This document shows positions 32,365 through 44,392 of a DNA stretch of 64,000 nucleotides, one piece after another; the stretch's first letter is position 1, and each line of letters begins with the position of its first letter. The stretch is from contig OX442314.1 of assembly GCA_949358305.1 (NCBI GenBank), forward strand, positions 25,916,001 to 25,980,000, given 5' to 3'. The position numbers and the translations under genes are program-made. The DNA comes from Strigamia acuminata (Eukaryota). The notes beneath the pieces were generated by a model. It had not been told where the DNA came from, searched no databases, and was given only the letters and a program-made list of their open reading frames with translations.

Positions 32365-35300
32365 TGCTGTGTTCGGACTTCACTGCATGTTTTGTGTAGT
32401 GACGTTATCTTTGCCTCAGGCGCTGTACCCCCAGCGCCACCTTGTAGCTTGACCCCGAATAAACGGCACTTGTTAGTTCTTAGCCTAATATGACTGACCT
32501 TTCATTTCAACCATCCTCAACATAATTTGTTATTAGTAAGATATATACTAAATGGCGACGAGATAGGGATCCGAAATCCACGTTCAACTAATGAATCCAG
32601 TAGCGACGCAAGTTTTTTCGTGTTTTTCGAACTTTTTGAGCGCTTTTTCGGCCCGTTGCTGACCACGCCGTCCCGACGTTAGGCCTACGTTCCATTGTCA
32701 CGTTTTCCTCGCGTTTTCGTACTCAACGCCGACTTTTGCCATCAAAATGTCAGCTCTAAAAGGGACACCGCGGGAATACGATCCAACAGAGGATTGGGGC
32801 CTATATTGCAAGCGAATGACGAGCATTTTCGCTTGTAACAAAATCGTCGATGACCAGGAGAAGGTCCACACGCTGCTGTCGTACGTCGGCATGCCGACGT
32901 TTAAGCAGCTGGACACGCTCGCGGCGCCGAAGGAAGCTGCCGACTTGAAGTACGCGGACCTAGTGGCCTTGATGCAGAAGAATGCACGCGCGAAGCCGCT
33001 CGTGCTGGGAGAAATTCGCCGTTTTCACCGCCGTGATCGACTGCCGAATGAAACCGTGCTGGAGTATTCTCTCGCTCTTCAGGACCTGGCCCAAAACTGT
33101 GAGTTCGCCGACAAAACTAACGAATTAAGAAATCGCTTTCTTTGTGGCCTCCAGAATGAGCAAGTGCAACAGGCACTCACGTTAAAAAAAGATTTGACGT
33201 TCGACGACGCGGTCGAGTTCGCTGCCGCTGCTGAAGTGTCGCAAAAGGAATTTTCGACGATCGCGACGCAGAATGCATCGGCGCTGCCGGTGCATAAACT
33301 CCACCACGACTCCAAACCACGTCACGATGCGTCAAGGGGTAGAAAACGCTCCTCGAGGGGCACTACCTCGTTTCAACCAGGCCGCCAACCATCCAACTCG
33401 AAAGGAAATGTGTCGGCGTGTTCTGCTTGCGGCAGTAAGTCGCACACGCGTGAAGCGTGCCGCTTTCGCGATGCCACGTGCCACGGATGCGGAAAAACTG
33501 GCCACATCAAACCAGTTTGCCGGTCGGTCTTGAAGTCACCAGCTCCAGTCCATGCAGTCGAGATGCCACAACAGCTCACGTACTACGCTGTCGAGCCGGA
33601 TTTGACGACGACCGTCAACGCGATTGGCATTAAAGCCACACAACCAATTATTTTGGCCATTAAAATTGCTAATGTCAATCTCCTAATGGAAATGGACACG
33701 GGAGCAGGCGCTACATTTATAAATCTCGAAACTTATACTAAATATTTTTCAAATTTTCCATTGCAGCCCCTTCCGATCCAGATGAATACGTATGGCGGCA
33801 CAACACTCCGAATGGAAGGGGTTTGCGAAGTTCCGGTTCGTCATCGTGATCGCGATTTTCGTTTGCCGTTGTGCGTGGCGACTCACGGCCCCATCCCACT
33901 CCTTGGCCGCGACTGGCTCGAAGCATTTGGTTTGCTGTCGAAAACTGGCGACCTGGTGGGCGCAGAAGTATTTTCGTTGTCCACATCGACGCCAACGCCC
34001 GAGAAACTCGATACACCGTCGTCCAACAGATTGGACGAGATTTTGGAACGTCATGCCAACGTTTTTCGCGATGAAATCGGATGCTACAACGTGCACAAGG
34101 TCCACATCAATATCGATCCGGCCGTGCAACCGATATTTTTGAAGAATTATTCAGTTCCACTCGCGATGAAGCCACGACTGGAGGAAGAGCTGCGCAGACT
34201 GCAGGATTCTTCTTCTAATTGGGCGACACCTATTATGCATGTCCTTAAATCAGATGGCACGTTAAAGATAGCGGGATGCTATAATAGAACCATAAATAAG
34301 GCGGTTCTCCCCAACTCTTACCCTTTACCTCTGTTTGAAGACGTTGCAGCGAAGTTGTCGGGCGGTGAGACGTATTCTACTCTTGATATGAATCACGCCT
34401 ACAACCAGCTGGAGTTGGATGCAGAGAGTAAATTGGTGTGCACAATTAATACCCACTTGGGTCTCTTCACAGTAAATAAACTTTTTTACGGGATATCCAG
34501 CGCGCCGGCAATCTTCCAACGCGAGATGGACAAATTAACAGCCAAAGTCGAGAGTACGCAGCCGTTCATTGATGATTCGGCCGTGACCGGTGCAACAAAC
34601 GCAACGCACTTATGCAACCTGGATCAATTATTGGGTGCATTTAACAAAGCCAATTTAACATTAAATAGGAAAAAGTGCAAGTTTTTGCGTGCTTGTGTGC
34701 AGTTTTTGGGGCTGAACATTTCCAAGCTAGGAATCACGCCAGTGGACTCAAAATTGGCTCCACTACGCAACGCCATGCAGCCAACCGACGTTTTATCGCT
34801 CAAATCGTTCCTGGGGCTCATAAACTATTATGGCAAATTTATTAATAATTTATCCACTTTATTAGAGCCGCTTTACCGCCTCACGCGCGACGATACTCCG
34901 TGGACATGGGGACCGGAACAACACAAGGCCTGGACGAAGGTCAAGGCTGCAGTAACTGTCGATTCAGCGCTGGCACACTACGACGCGAAGAAGCAACTTT
35001 ATCTGACCGTTGATGCCTCGCCGGTCGGTGTGGGCGCCTTTATTTCCCACGTAGAAAATGGAATCCATCGTCCAATTGCCTTTGCTAGTTCCCTCTTGTC
35101 CAGCGCGCAGAAAAATTATGCGCAAATCGACCGTGAAGGTCTTGCGATCGTTTATGGCGTTCGCCGCTTCCATCACCACCTGTTTGGGAGAAAATTCATT
35201 TTACGAACTGACCACAAACCGCTGGTGGCCATTTTCGGAGAGAAGAAAGGATGCAATCAAATTGTCGCCGCTCGCCTGCACCGGTGGGCAATTTTCCTGA

Positions 35301-37070
35301 GTGCCTACGATTATGCTATCGAGCATGTGCCTGCTGTCGACAACCAAATTGCAGACGGATTGTCTCGCAATCCTCAACCCGTTGTCGACGGTCGAGAAGA
35401 CCTCGACATGCACGTTAACGAAATTTTTTCCGTTTCTCTTTCGCAGTTTCCAGTATCGCAAGCAGCCTTGCGTGCAGCATACGACGCAGACGCCCAATTG
35501 CAAGCAGTTCTGCAGTGCATCCGAGACGAATGGAAATCGACAACACCTGACTTAAAAAATTTTTATAAGCACAGGTTCGCCTTCTCCACGCATGGACCAT
35601 TCTTGTTCCTGACGGAGCGTTTAGTCGTGCCAGAACAGCTTCGCCGTGCGGTCCTGGCGGAGTTGCACGCAGGACATTTTGGAATCGTGCGCACCAAGTC
35701 GCTCGCTCGTTCAACAGTTTGGTGGCCGTCAATCGACCGTGACATTGAGTCGATGGTGCGTTCGTGCGACGTGTGCCAGCGCGCACTCCCGGATCCGCCT
35801 AAGACGTCCGACTTGCGTTGGCCCATTCCCGACGAAATTTGGGGGCGAATCCACCTCGATTTCGCCGGCCCCTTTCATGGCAAAATGTTCCTGTTGGCTG
35901 TGGATGCGCGCACCAAGTGGTGCGAAGTTTGTATGATGACCGCCACTACCTCGAAAGCAACAATTGCGGTTTTAAAATGTTGGTTTAAACGTCACGGCTT
36001 GCCGATCCACGTTCATTCCGACAATGGGCCGCAATTCACTTCAGCGGAATTTGTTGACTTCCTGTCACGGAACGGCATCCGACAAACTCGTTCACCGCCT
36101 TTCCACCCAGCTACCAACGGAGCAGTGGAAGGCTTCGTGAAGACATTTAAAAATCAAGTCGGGAAATTTCTAAATTTGAATTTGAGCATTTCAGAAGCCG
36201 TTGACCAATTTTTGATTGCCTATCGCTCGACGCCGCACGTTTCTACACGGACTACGCCGTCCGAGGCATTTCTACAACGAACTGTTCGAACTAGATTACA
36301 TTTGTTGAACCCCCGCTTAATGCCGGAGCCAACAACTGTGGAAACGCGCCGTTCCTTCGAGCCTGGGGAATTGGTGTTCGCGCGCGACTATTTGCACGCC
36401 GCGAGATGGGTTCCTGGAATAATATCGCGGAAGACATCGTCCACCACGTACGATGTGGCCGTCGGAAATGCCATAATTTGGAACCGACATGCGGACCAGC
36501 TCCGAAGACGCCAGACTTTGCACGCCCAAACTCCGGAGGGGGGAGGGAATCGCGGACATTTTCCTTTGATAATTGACGACTCAAACCTCGGTAACACACC
36601 GCCAGTTGTACAACCGCAAGTCCTAGTTGCTCCTCCCAATTCACCCAATCTCCCAAACGTTCGTAATGCTTCTCCAGCTCCTACACCTCCTCCTGTTCCC
36701 GTCAATACTCCTGTTGTGCCGTACCGCCATCCCCAGCGTATTCGCAACCCGACACAATTTTACGGATATAATAACAGTGATTAAGTGTATTTGTTTTTAT
36801 TAATCGAATTGGTACATTGTCTATCGTGAATGAATTCTATTATTGTATTTGTGATTTGATTAATGTGCCATTAATGGGGAATGATGCTGTGTTCGGACTT
36901 CACTGCATGTTTTGTGTAGTGACGTTATCTTTGCCTCAGGCGCTGTACCCCCAGCGCCACCTTGTAGCTTGACCCCGAATAAACGGCACTTGTTAGTTCT
37001 TAGCCTAATATGACTGACCTTTCATTTCAACCATCCTCAACATAATTTGTTATTAGTAAGATATATACTA
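32365..37070 (+). mobile_element. Ty3/Gypsy element C (Mag-type, short LTRs, single ORF)
   Basis: 186-bp LTRs at 32365-32550 and 36885-37070 (TG...TA), TSD AACTC, PBS TGGCGACGAG (tRNA-Ser-like) at 32553, PPT ATGGGGAATGA. Confidence 0.96.
32747..36784 (+). CDS. gag-pol: Element C Gag-Pol polyprotein, 1345 aa
   Basis: Two CCHC knuckles, MDTGA, FIDD, VDAS, HAGH...CDVC, HLDFAGP/SDNG. Confidence 0.95.
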   Translation: MSALKGTPREYDPTEDWGLYCKRMTSIFACNKIVDDQEKVHTLLSYVGMPTFKQLDTLAAPKEAADLKYADLVALMQKNARAKPLVLGEIRRFHRRDRLPNETVLEYSLALQDLAQNCEFADKTNELRNRFLCGLQNEQVQQALTLKKDLTFDDAVEFAAAAEVSQKEFSTIATQNASALPVHKLHHDSKPRHDASRGRKRSSRGTTSFQPGRQPSNSKGNVSACSACGSKSHTREACRFRDATCHGCGKTGHIKPVCRSVLKSPAPVHAVEMPQQLTYYAVEPDLTTTVNAIGIKATQPIILAIKIANVNLLMEMDTGAGATFINLETYTKYFSNFPLQPLPIQMNTYGGTTLRMEGVCEVPVRHRDRDFRLPLCVATHGPIPLLGRDWLEAFGLLSKTGDLVGAEVFSLSTSTPTPEKLDTPSSNRLDEILERHANVFRDEIGCYNVHKVHINIDPAVQPIFLKNYSVPLAMKPRLEEELRRLQDSSSNWATPIMHVLKSDGTLKIAGCYNRTINKAVLPNSYPLPLFEDVAAKLSGGETYSTLDMNHAYNQLELDAESKLVCTINTHLGLFTVNKLFYGISSAPAIFQREMDKLTAKVESTQPFIDDSAVTGATNATHLCNLDQLLGAFNKANLTLNRKKCKFLRACVQFLGLNISKLGITPVDSKLAPLRNAMQPTDVLSLKSFLGLINYYGKFINNLSTLLEPLYRLTRDDTPWTWGPEQHKAWTKVKAAVTVDSALAHYDAKKQLYLTVDASPVGVGAFISHVENGIHRPIAFASSLLSSAQKNYAQIDREGLAIVYGVRRFHHHLFGRKFILRTDHKPLVAIFGEKKGCNQIVAARLHRWAIFLSAYDYAIEHVPAVDNQIADGLSRNPQPVVDGREDLDMHVNEIFSVSLSQFPVSQAALRAAYDADAQLQAVLQCIRDEWKSTTPDLKNFYKHRFAFSTHGPFLFLTERLVVPEQLRRAVLAELHAGHFGIVRTKSLARSTVWWPSIDRDIESMVRSCDVCQRALPDPPKTSDLRWPIPDEIWGRIHLDFAGPFHGKMFLLAVDARTKWCEVCMMTATTSKATIAVLKCWFKRHGLPIHVHSDNGPQFTSAEFVDFLSRNGIRQTRSPPFHPATNGAVEGFVKTFKNQVGKFLNLNLSISEAVDQFLIAYRSTPHVSTRTTPSEAFLQRTVRTRLHLLNPRLMPEPTTVETRRSFEPGELVFARDYLHAARWVPGIISRKTSSTTYDVAVGNAIIWNRHADQLRRRQTLHAQTPEGGGNRGHFPLIIDDSNLGNTPPVVQPQVLVAPPNSPNLPNVRNASPAPTPPPVPVNTPVVPYRHPQRIRNPTQFYGYNNSD

Positions 37071-38221
37071 AACTCTTCTCCAAGTTAGTTATCATCGCCT
37101 CACCCCCACGGAAGATGCTCAGGTGTTTGGACATTGCTTGGACGATAAAAACTAATATGCTGTGCAGTGTTGCCAACATTTAACATTTTTTAAATTCTGG
37201 TATTCGACGTAATAATTACATGGTGTTGTCTATTCCTATTTCATATTCTTGCAAATGAATTTCAGGTTGGATAGGTATCGTATTAATACTTTTGTGTTGC
37301 GTAAACACTGGATTTTCCGGTTCAAAACTGGCCAAATGCTGGATTATTATTGAAGAAAGATATCCTGAATATGAGGAACGATCAGGCTCACCCTATCCTA
37401 CTATAGCATATCGAGCATACGGGAAAAAAATGAAGTAATTGACAATAGTTTCGTGTATAGAGGTGGGTCCAAAAAGTCTGGGGAATGACGAAAAATTTGA
37501 AAAAAATTAACTTCCAATATTTTGATTTAATTTTTCTTTTAGGATTACTAAATATAACTCTCAAGTAATGTCTGATTAAATTCTCAGACCGATTCAATAA
37601 AATTTATTCAAAGTATCAACGATAAATGAAAAAATAGATGTCCAAAAAGTCTGTTTGATGAAACAACTGGCAAATGATTAAAAGTGAAAAAAAAGCCTTA
37701 TAATAAAGGTGTAATAATGTAACAATGCTCTAATAATGACTCTAAATATAATTTCACTAGCGTTGAAAAGAATAAACAAATTCAACAGACTTTTTGGACA
37801 TTTAATCAGACATTACTTGAGTAGTATATTTAATAATTTAATAATCCTAAAAAAAAAATTAAATCAAAATATTGGTGTTGAATCCGGAGTAATTATCAAA
37901 CGAGGTTGAAACACAATTGAATCTTGTATTTAATTTGACGGTTGCTTTTGATTATACACTCGTGTTTAAGAACACTAATTTTGGTGATTACATTCGTTCG
38001 TTCGTTCGCAGAAGATACAGTTTATGTTTACATTTCGAGTTCGTTGTTAGTACTGAATTTTTATAATATGGTTACCATTGTTTACACGTTTCATTTTTGC
38101 ATTACAATAAGACAATGCTTGTACATAGTTTCGATTATTTCGCAATAAATATGAATTTATAATTAATGTTTGCAATTAATCCGATTCAACATCTAACATC
38201 TCCCCAGAAATTTGATACATT

Positions 38222-41200
38222 TTAAATTTCTTTACGAGCACGTCGACGCCACTTTGCCGTGCTGGACATTGGGTATGGTCGGTAAGCTTTTGTTCCGAGG
38301 TGACGCCTTGATCGTCGTATCCCAGCGTCCCAAAACGAACCACAGGGATCTTGTGCAGGTACAGCGTCGACGTTCGTCGGAGTACCCTGGGGTCGCGTTA
38401 ACCGGGTCGCCAACCTGTCGAGCTCGGTCAATGTTTGGTCGACGTCTGCCGCTGGTCCAGGCGTCGGTTGATTGGTAACAATCGTCGGTTTCCTTCGTGT
38501 TCTAAGCGTCGGCACATCGTCGGGCGATGGCCTGATGAAACGTTTCCGCAAATGATTTATATGCTTTACATGTTCAATGTTGTCAATGCATAACTTGACC
38601 TGGTAACGAACTAAACCCATCTTTTGGGTGATAACACCCTCCTCCCACTTCCCAAGTGGTGAACGGGCCCAAACAAGGTCATCAACGTCGAAGGACCGAT
38701 TTGGGTGACTTGTTAAGTTGTCCGAAATCTTGTAAGTCATAATTGCAGACGTGTGTGTCCTGGCTTTCCATCCAAGCATGAGCTCGGCCGGAGTTAATCC
38801 AGTATGTGCGGATGGCGTGTTGTGTTGGTGAAATAAAAACTTCATCAACCTGATCAATGTTGGCTCGATGGTCAACTTCTTCATTCCGTTTTTGAAGGTC
38901 TGCACGGCTCATTCGGCCGGCCCGTTTGATTGGGCGTGATATGGCGGAGAAAATCTCTGCACGATACCGTTGCTCAGGTAAAACGTCCGCATGTCGTCGG
39001 CTTGAAACGGTGATCCGTTGTCGGACACGACGACGTCGGGCAACCCGAAGGTCGCAAACCACCGCATTAATTGAAGAATCGTGGCTGTTGCTGTCGTTGT
39101 TGACATTCGCGCGGCCTCTATCCAGTTGGAAAAGGTGTCGACTGATACGAGAAACTTCTCGCCGGCCAAATCCGCAAAATCAACGTGTAAACGGCTCCAC
39201 GGCCACACCGGAGTGGGCCACGAGATGGGGGTCTCCTTGGTCGGGAGGGCGCGAACTCGTTGGCAGTTGGGGCACGTCGCTACCTGTTGCTCGATTTCGT
39301 TGTCGATTTTCGGCCACCAGTAGGCAGCTCGAGCCAGTCGCTTCATGGCCACGATGCCTGGGTGTCCAAGGTGTAACTGGTTTAAAACACGTTGTCGCAG
39401 GACGGTCGGGGCGACTATTCGATGTCCGCGTAGAATCACACCGTCTACCACTGTCAGCTGGTCGGTGATTCTCGCAAAGTGATCCGGTAATTGCATGTGT
39501 TTGCCATTGGGCTGCACGCTGCACAATTCCAACAGCACCTGCAATAAAACAACATCGGCAGCTGTTTCTGTTTTCAGTTCGTCCCATGTGACTGGCATTT
39601 CGCCCGCTGACATAAAAAGCATTTCGCTTTTTGTTAGACTTTCCAAGTCTGAGACAGCTCCATGTTGCAAAGGCAGGCGACTCAGCGCATCTGCATTCAA
39701 ATGCTCAATTCCCTTACGATACTCAATCTCGTAATTAAACGAGCTGAGAAACAGCATCCACCGAAGCATCCGTAATGGAACTACCTCGGGGATGGGCTTC
39801 TTTCGCCCAAACAATCCCAAAAGGGGTTTATGATCCGTAATAATGATGAAAGCGTACCCCATTAGATAGATGATGAACTTTTTGATTCCAAAGATGACTG
39901 AGAGAGCTTCGCGGTCTAACTGGGAGTAGTTGCGTTCAGCAGAACTCATGGTTCTCGACGCATAAGCGACGGGTCGCTCGGCTCCATTTATGCGATGAGC
40001 CAGTACGGCTCCGACGCCGACGGGTGACGCGTCGACTGCCAAAACAATTTGGTGAGCCGGGTTAAACGGCATTAACACGTTTGGTGACACAAGTTCGCGT
40101 TTTATACGCATAAAAGCCAACTCGTGTGCCTGGCTCCAAACCCATGTCTCACCTTTCTGGAGAAGGCGACACAATGGTGACAATATAGTAGCCATGTTGG
40201 GTAAAAACATGGCGTAGAATGTCACCAGTCCAAGAAATGCACGCAACTCGTGCACACTGGTCGGTGACGGTGCTGCCATTATCGCCTCGACTTTAGCTTG
40301 TAAGGGAGAGATTCCTACGTCCGCTATGCGGAAGCCAAGAAAGTCGACAGCGACGGCCATAAAAATGCACTTAGGCTTGCAAAGCCTCAACCCAATTTTG
40401 CGAAAACGCAAAAATGCACGGCGAAGCAAATTAAGATGATCAGCTCGATTTTTCGACGGCAACAACATGTCGTCTTGATACGGCCTAACCTCATCGATGT
40501 CCCTGAACTCTTCCTCGATCATACGTTGGAATTCCCCCGCTGCCGTGATGATACCAAACGGCATGCGGGTAACTCGGAAAAGGCCCATGTGAGTATTAAC
40601 CGCTACTAAATACGATGATTCGTCGTCCAACTGGCGCTGCTGATACGCTTGTTGGAGATCGACTTTCGAGAAAATCTTTGCCTCGCCAATGGACGCCAGG
40701 ATGTCCTGTATCTTGGGCAGCGGATATGGGTGTGGGTACAACGCTGCGTTGATAGTGGAGCGGTAGTCCCCACAAACGCGGATATTACCGTCTTTCTTTG
40801 GGACGATAACCAACGGCGTAGCCCACCTGCTGTACTTCGTTGGCACAAGTATACGCTGCTGTTGCAGCTCGAAAAGTGCTGTTTCCACCTTGGCTCGAAG
40901 AGCCATTGGTACCACTCTAGGTCTAAAAAACCTGGGTGGCACGGTGGCGTCCACCTCCAAATGGAGCGGAGGTCCGTTGTATAGACCAAGACCTGGCGTG
41001 AAAATATCAGCAAACTCATCCAGTAATGCTTCCAGTTCGTGGTCGGGGCCCAATTGATTAACTGCTTTAGCGACCAGTGTGTGTAGTGATGCGGGTTCGC
41101 AAGTGCGCCCCAACTTCGCAAGGATGTTACGTCCAATGAGGCTTGGGCCACCGTTTTCGACCACGAGGAATGTAACGTCCGCTGTCCTATTTGCTTCGAC

Positions 41201-41437
41201 AATTTCTACTTCAATTTTCCCGTATACTTCGACGCGATGGCCGCTGTAAGTTTGCAGCGTGTTGTGGGCATACCTCACGACTGGTGCGGTCATCGCATCG
41301 GGCCAAAGCAAGTTATACGTGTCGCGAGTCATCAGCGACTGTTCACATCCTGTATCCATTATCATCCTCACGGGTTTTCCGTTCAATGTCACAGCCAACT
41401 CAATTGGCGGAAATCGCTGGTCCAAGTCTGTAACCAT
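38222..41437 (-). pseudogene. pol: Element D pol with an in-frame nonsense codon in the integrase core
   Basis: MDTGC, YQDD, VDAS, HLGH...CPNC. SNGPAE*AVQTFK has TGA at 38911-38909 where Arg is expected; the frame continues to 38222. Confidence 0.92.
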
Positions 41438-41443
41438 GAAGAC

Positions 41444-42838
41444 TTAATAGTCGTCAGGACTCGTCCGGTGGTCAGTCGGTTGATTCGGGTACTGGTCCCA
41501 CTGTTGCTGTTGCTGCTGTTGGTGCTGCGCTTCAAGTCGCTGTTGCTGTTGTAGTTGTTGTTGCTGTTGTGGACGTTGATAGTCCCAATTCCGTTCCGAT
41601 ACTCCGTTCTGGTCATCCTGGTATCCCTGGTAGGGGTCCAAATATCGTTGTTGTTGTTGGCGTTGTTGTTGCTGTTGTCGCAAAAATTGTTGTTGTTGTT
41701 GTTGTGAAAATTGTTGTTGTTGTTGTTGTCGTTGTTGTTGTTGACTGGTTTCGGCGCCATGTTCCAATATCCAGTTCACCGGTACTTTGCTTTGGTTAAA
41801 CCCAAATGTTTCCGGACGGGGCCGTTGCCCCGGTTCGCTGGACGGTCCAATGTCCGTCTTCATACACACCCTCGCTAGGTGTCCGATACCGCCACAGCGG
41901 TAGCACTTCGCTGTCATAAATGGGCACATTTGTCCTTTATGATCCCCGCCACAACGTTTGCATTTGCCAAAAAGTTGGTCAATTGTCGTGCTTGGGCGAT
42001 TTGCCGCACCCATGGCAAATTGTGGACCCGGTGGTCCTCTTGAACGACCACGTCCAATTGGATTGAATGACCTTCCGCGTGCTCCGAAAGGCTGGTATGG
42101 CTGTGATGTCGCCTCAATTCGATAGATGTCTGTTGACACGCCCGGTTGGGCTTTATCAGCATCTGTGCCCAGCGCAGATGTAACTTCTTTTTGCTTTTTG
42201 TAAATAAGTTGGCCCTGCACGGCTGCCTCGGCCGCGAGCGCCAGCTTGATCGCCATTGCAAGGTCCAAACTTTCTTCTTCGAGGAGGCGAAGGCGTAATT
42301 TATCGTTATTAATGCCCGAGATAAATTGGGTCAGGATTGCCTCCTCATTCACGTCTTTCGACGGAAATTTGCATAACCGCGCCTGTGCGCGTAAGTCAGC
42401 TACGAATTTGGCTACGGATTCACCTGGCTGTCGTCTTATTCCAGCCAATTTATACTTTTGGACGTGGGGCCGCGTTATAGCTTGATAGTGCTCAGTCAAT
42501 TTCACGACGATATCCTCGAACGTCGCTTTCTCAATCGTGTCGGGGTAAATTAGGTCTCTAATTAAGCCATAACCTTCAGTGCCAATCACCGTCGTAAGCA
42601 ATTTCTTCCTCTCGTCGTCTTTGACATGGTTGAGGCCACAGAAGTCCTTGAACTGGTGTACATATTGTGTCCAGGCCTCCTCTGATTTTCCAATAAATGG
42701 CGTGATATTGCCAAGCAAGTGCGAAGGGCGATCCGTTTGCGCCTTCACGAGCGAGGAAATTGCCGCTATCAAGTCGGTTGTGGATAACGACGATGACGGC
42801 AGCGACGGCGGGACCGTTTGCTTTGTCGGATCGGTCAT
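41444..42838 (-). CDS. gag: Element D Gag with two CCHC knuckles and a poly-Gln tail
   Basis: CKRCGGDHKGQMC, CYRCGGIGHLARVC; probable ATG at 42838. Confidence 0.9.
   Translation of the reverse strand: MTDPTKQTVPPSLPSSSLSTTDLIAAISSLVKAQTDRPSHLLGNITPFIGKSEEAWTQYVHQFKDFCGLNHVKDDERKKLLTTVIGTEGYGLIRDLIYPDTIEKATFEDIVVKLTEHYQAITRPHVQKYKLAGIRRQPGESVAKFVADLRAQARLCKFPSKDVNEEAILTQFISGINNDKLRLRLLEEESLDLAMAIKLALAAEAAVQGQLIYKKQKEVTSALGTDADKAQPGVSTDIYRIEATSQPYQPFGARGRSFNPIGRGRSRGPPGPQFAMGAANRPSTTIDQLFGKCKRCGGDHKGQMCPFMTAKCYRCGGIGHLARVCMKTDIGPSSEPGQRPRPETFGFNQSKVPVNWILEHGAETSQQQQRQQQQQQFSQQQQQQFLRQQQQQRQQQQRYLDPYQGYQDDQNGVSERNWDYQRPQQQQQLQQQQRLEAQHQQQQQQQWDQYPNQPTDHRTSPDDY
41503..41745. repeat. (CAA/CAG)n microsatellite encoding poly-Gln in D gag
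   Basis: Runs of TTG/CTG on the plus strand. Confidence 0.9.
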
Positions 42839-44392
42839 GACAATCGCTACGAGAAAAAAGGTAGTATAAGCTCTGAATATTAAACTTAAGACGACATTGT
42901 GAGCGATTACGTATCTTGACCCGTTCGAAATCATCCGCAGTGTGTGTGAATTCGAATCCGCTTTATCGGTTAAAATCCTCGTCGCCAGCTTGTTGAATCC
43001 GGAGTAATTATCAAACGAGGTTGAAACACAATTGAATCTTGTATTTAATTTGACGGTTGCTTTTGATTATACACTCGTGTTTAAGAACACTAATTTTGGT
43101 GATTACATTCGTTCGTTCGTTCGCAGAAGATACAGTTTATGTTTACATTTCGAGTTCGTTGTTAGTACTGAATTTTTATAATATGGTTACCATTGTTTAC
43201 ACGTTTCATTTTTGCATTACAATAAGACAATGCTTGTACATAGTTTCGATTATTTCGCAATAAATATGAATTTATAATTAATGTTTGCAATTAATCCGTT
43301 TCAACATCTAACAATTGGAAGTTAATTTTTTCAAATTTTTCATCATTCCACAGACTTTTTGGACGCACCTTAGATGCAGAATAAAAATCACTAATTATTT
43401 GTTAATTTATTTTTAAAAAATGCAAAATAGATATTTGGTTACTTTTTGTGTCGCAGCAACATTGTTTGGCGTTTCTACAGTTCTCTTATTATTGATTGCT
43501 CAATTGTTACAAGCATTATTACTATCACACGTCAGCCTCTCATATTGCTACTGGATACTTATAATTGGATTAACTTTACTGCCACTAACATGGTTCGGTA
43601 CGCCTAAAGATTTCTGGTAAGTCATCTGAAGTGCATTCGAATTTGAATTTGATTTTTTCGAACGTTTCGATCGTCAACAAATTGGATACAAAAGCAAAAT
43701 TTGTTATAATCTAGAATTCTAGATAAGATTATAGCACATTGAGCCCTTGGAATAAGAACAGAGGTTTTTCCAGTTCACTTTAACTTCCCGTATAGTAAAA
43801 ATAAAAGTGGCAACCATTAGTTGCATTAGAAAATTTAATTCAAAATATAATCTGCCATTTTTAAATTGATTAATGGTATCTATTGTACATATTAGCAAAA
43901 AAATTACCTTTTTTCATTTTTATTTTTCCAGGCCAATGGCTGTATTTGCATTAAGTTCAATAGCACTTGCATGTTTGCTCACTTTCATTCAAATATTAGT
44001 AGACAGCAGTCACAACACACAAGTAAAACCACCGCCTGAAACGATAACCTTCCAAACCTTTGTATTTGCATTTGGAACTATATGTTGGTTTTGAGTGCCC
44101 AGTCTTCACGCCAGGTGAACGTTTCACCTGCGCACCCACGACGTCCAGATGACGTACTTGGCGTAAACCAATCAGGGTTGAGCGCACCTGTATATAATGT
44201 GTTAGCAATTAGAATAAAGTTAGTCATTCCTGTTAAACCTAACCACGCGTCTTATCATTGTCCCAACCTTCGACACTAAAAACTACAGGTTGTGGGTTCA
44301 GCCGTCGTCCACTGCGCATAATATCGAGATTTGGAGCGAAACGTTCGAGGAAGTTAAAACGTTTTTGACACGAACCGATTCGAGAAACAAAC

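Larger units (their letters stand above)
37876..43313 (-). mobile_element. Ty3/Gypsy element D (Mag-type), intronic, antisense to the host gene
   Basis: 323-bp LTRs at 37876-38198 and 42991-43313 (1 mismatch seen), TSD ATTGG, PBS TGGCGACGAGGAT at 42987-42975, PPT CTGGGGAGA. Confidence 0.96.
37460..43371. mobile_element. MITE of about 470 bp with long imperfect TIRs (Tc1/mariner-like ends), split by element D
   Basis: Left AGGTGGGTCCAAAAAGTCTG...AACTTCCAATAT mirrors right ATATTGG[D]AAGTT...CAGACTTTTTGGACGCACCT; TA-flanked. Confidence 0.7.
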
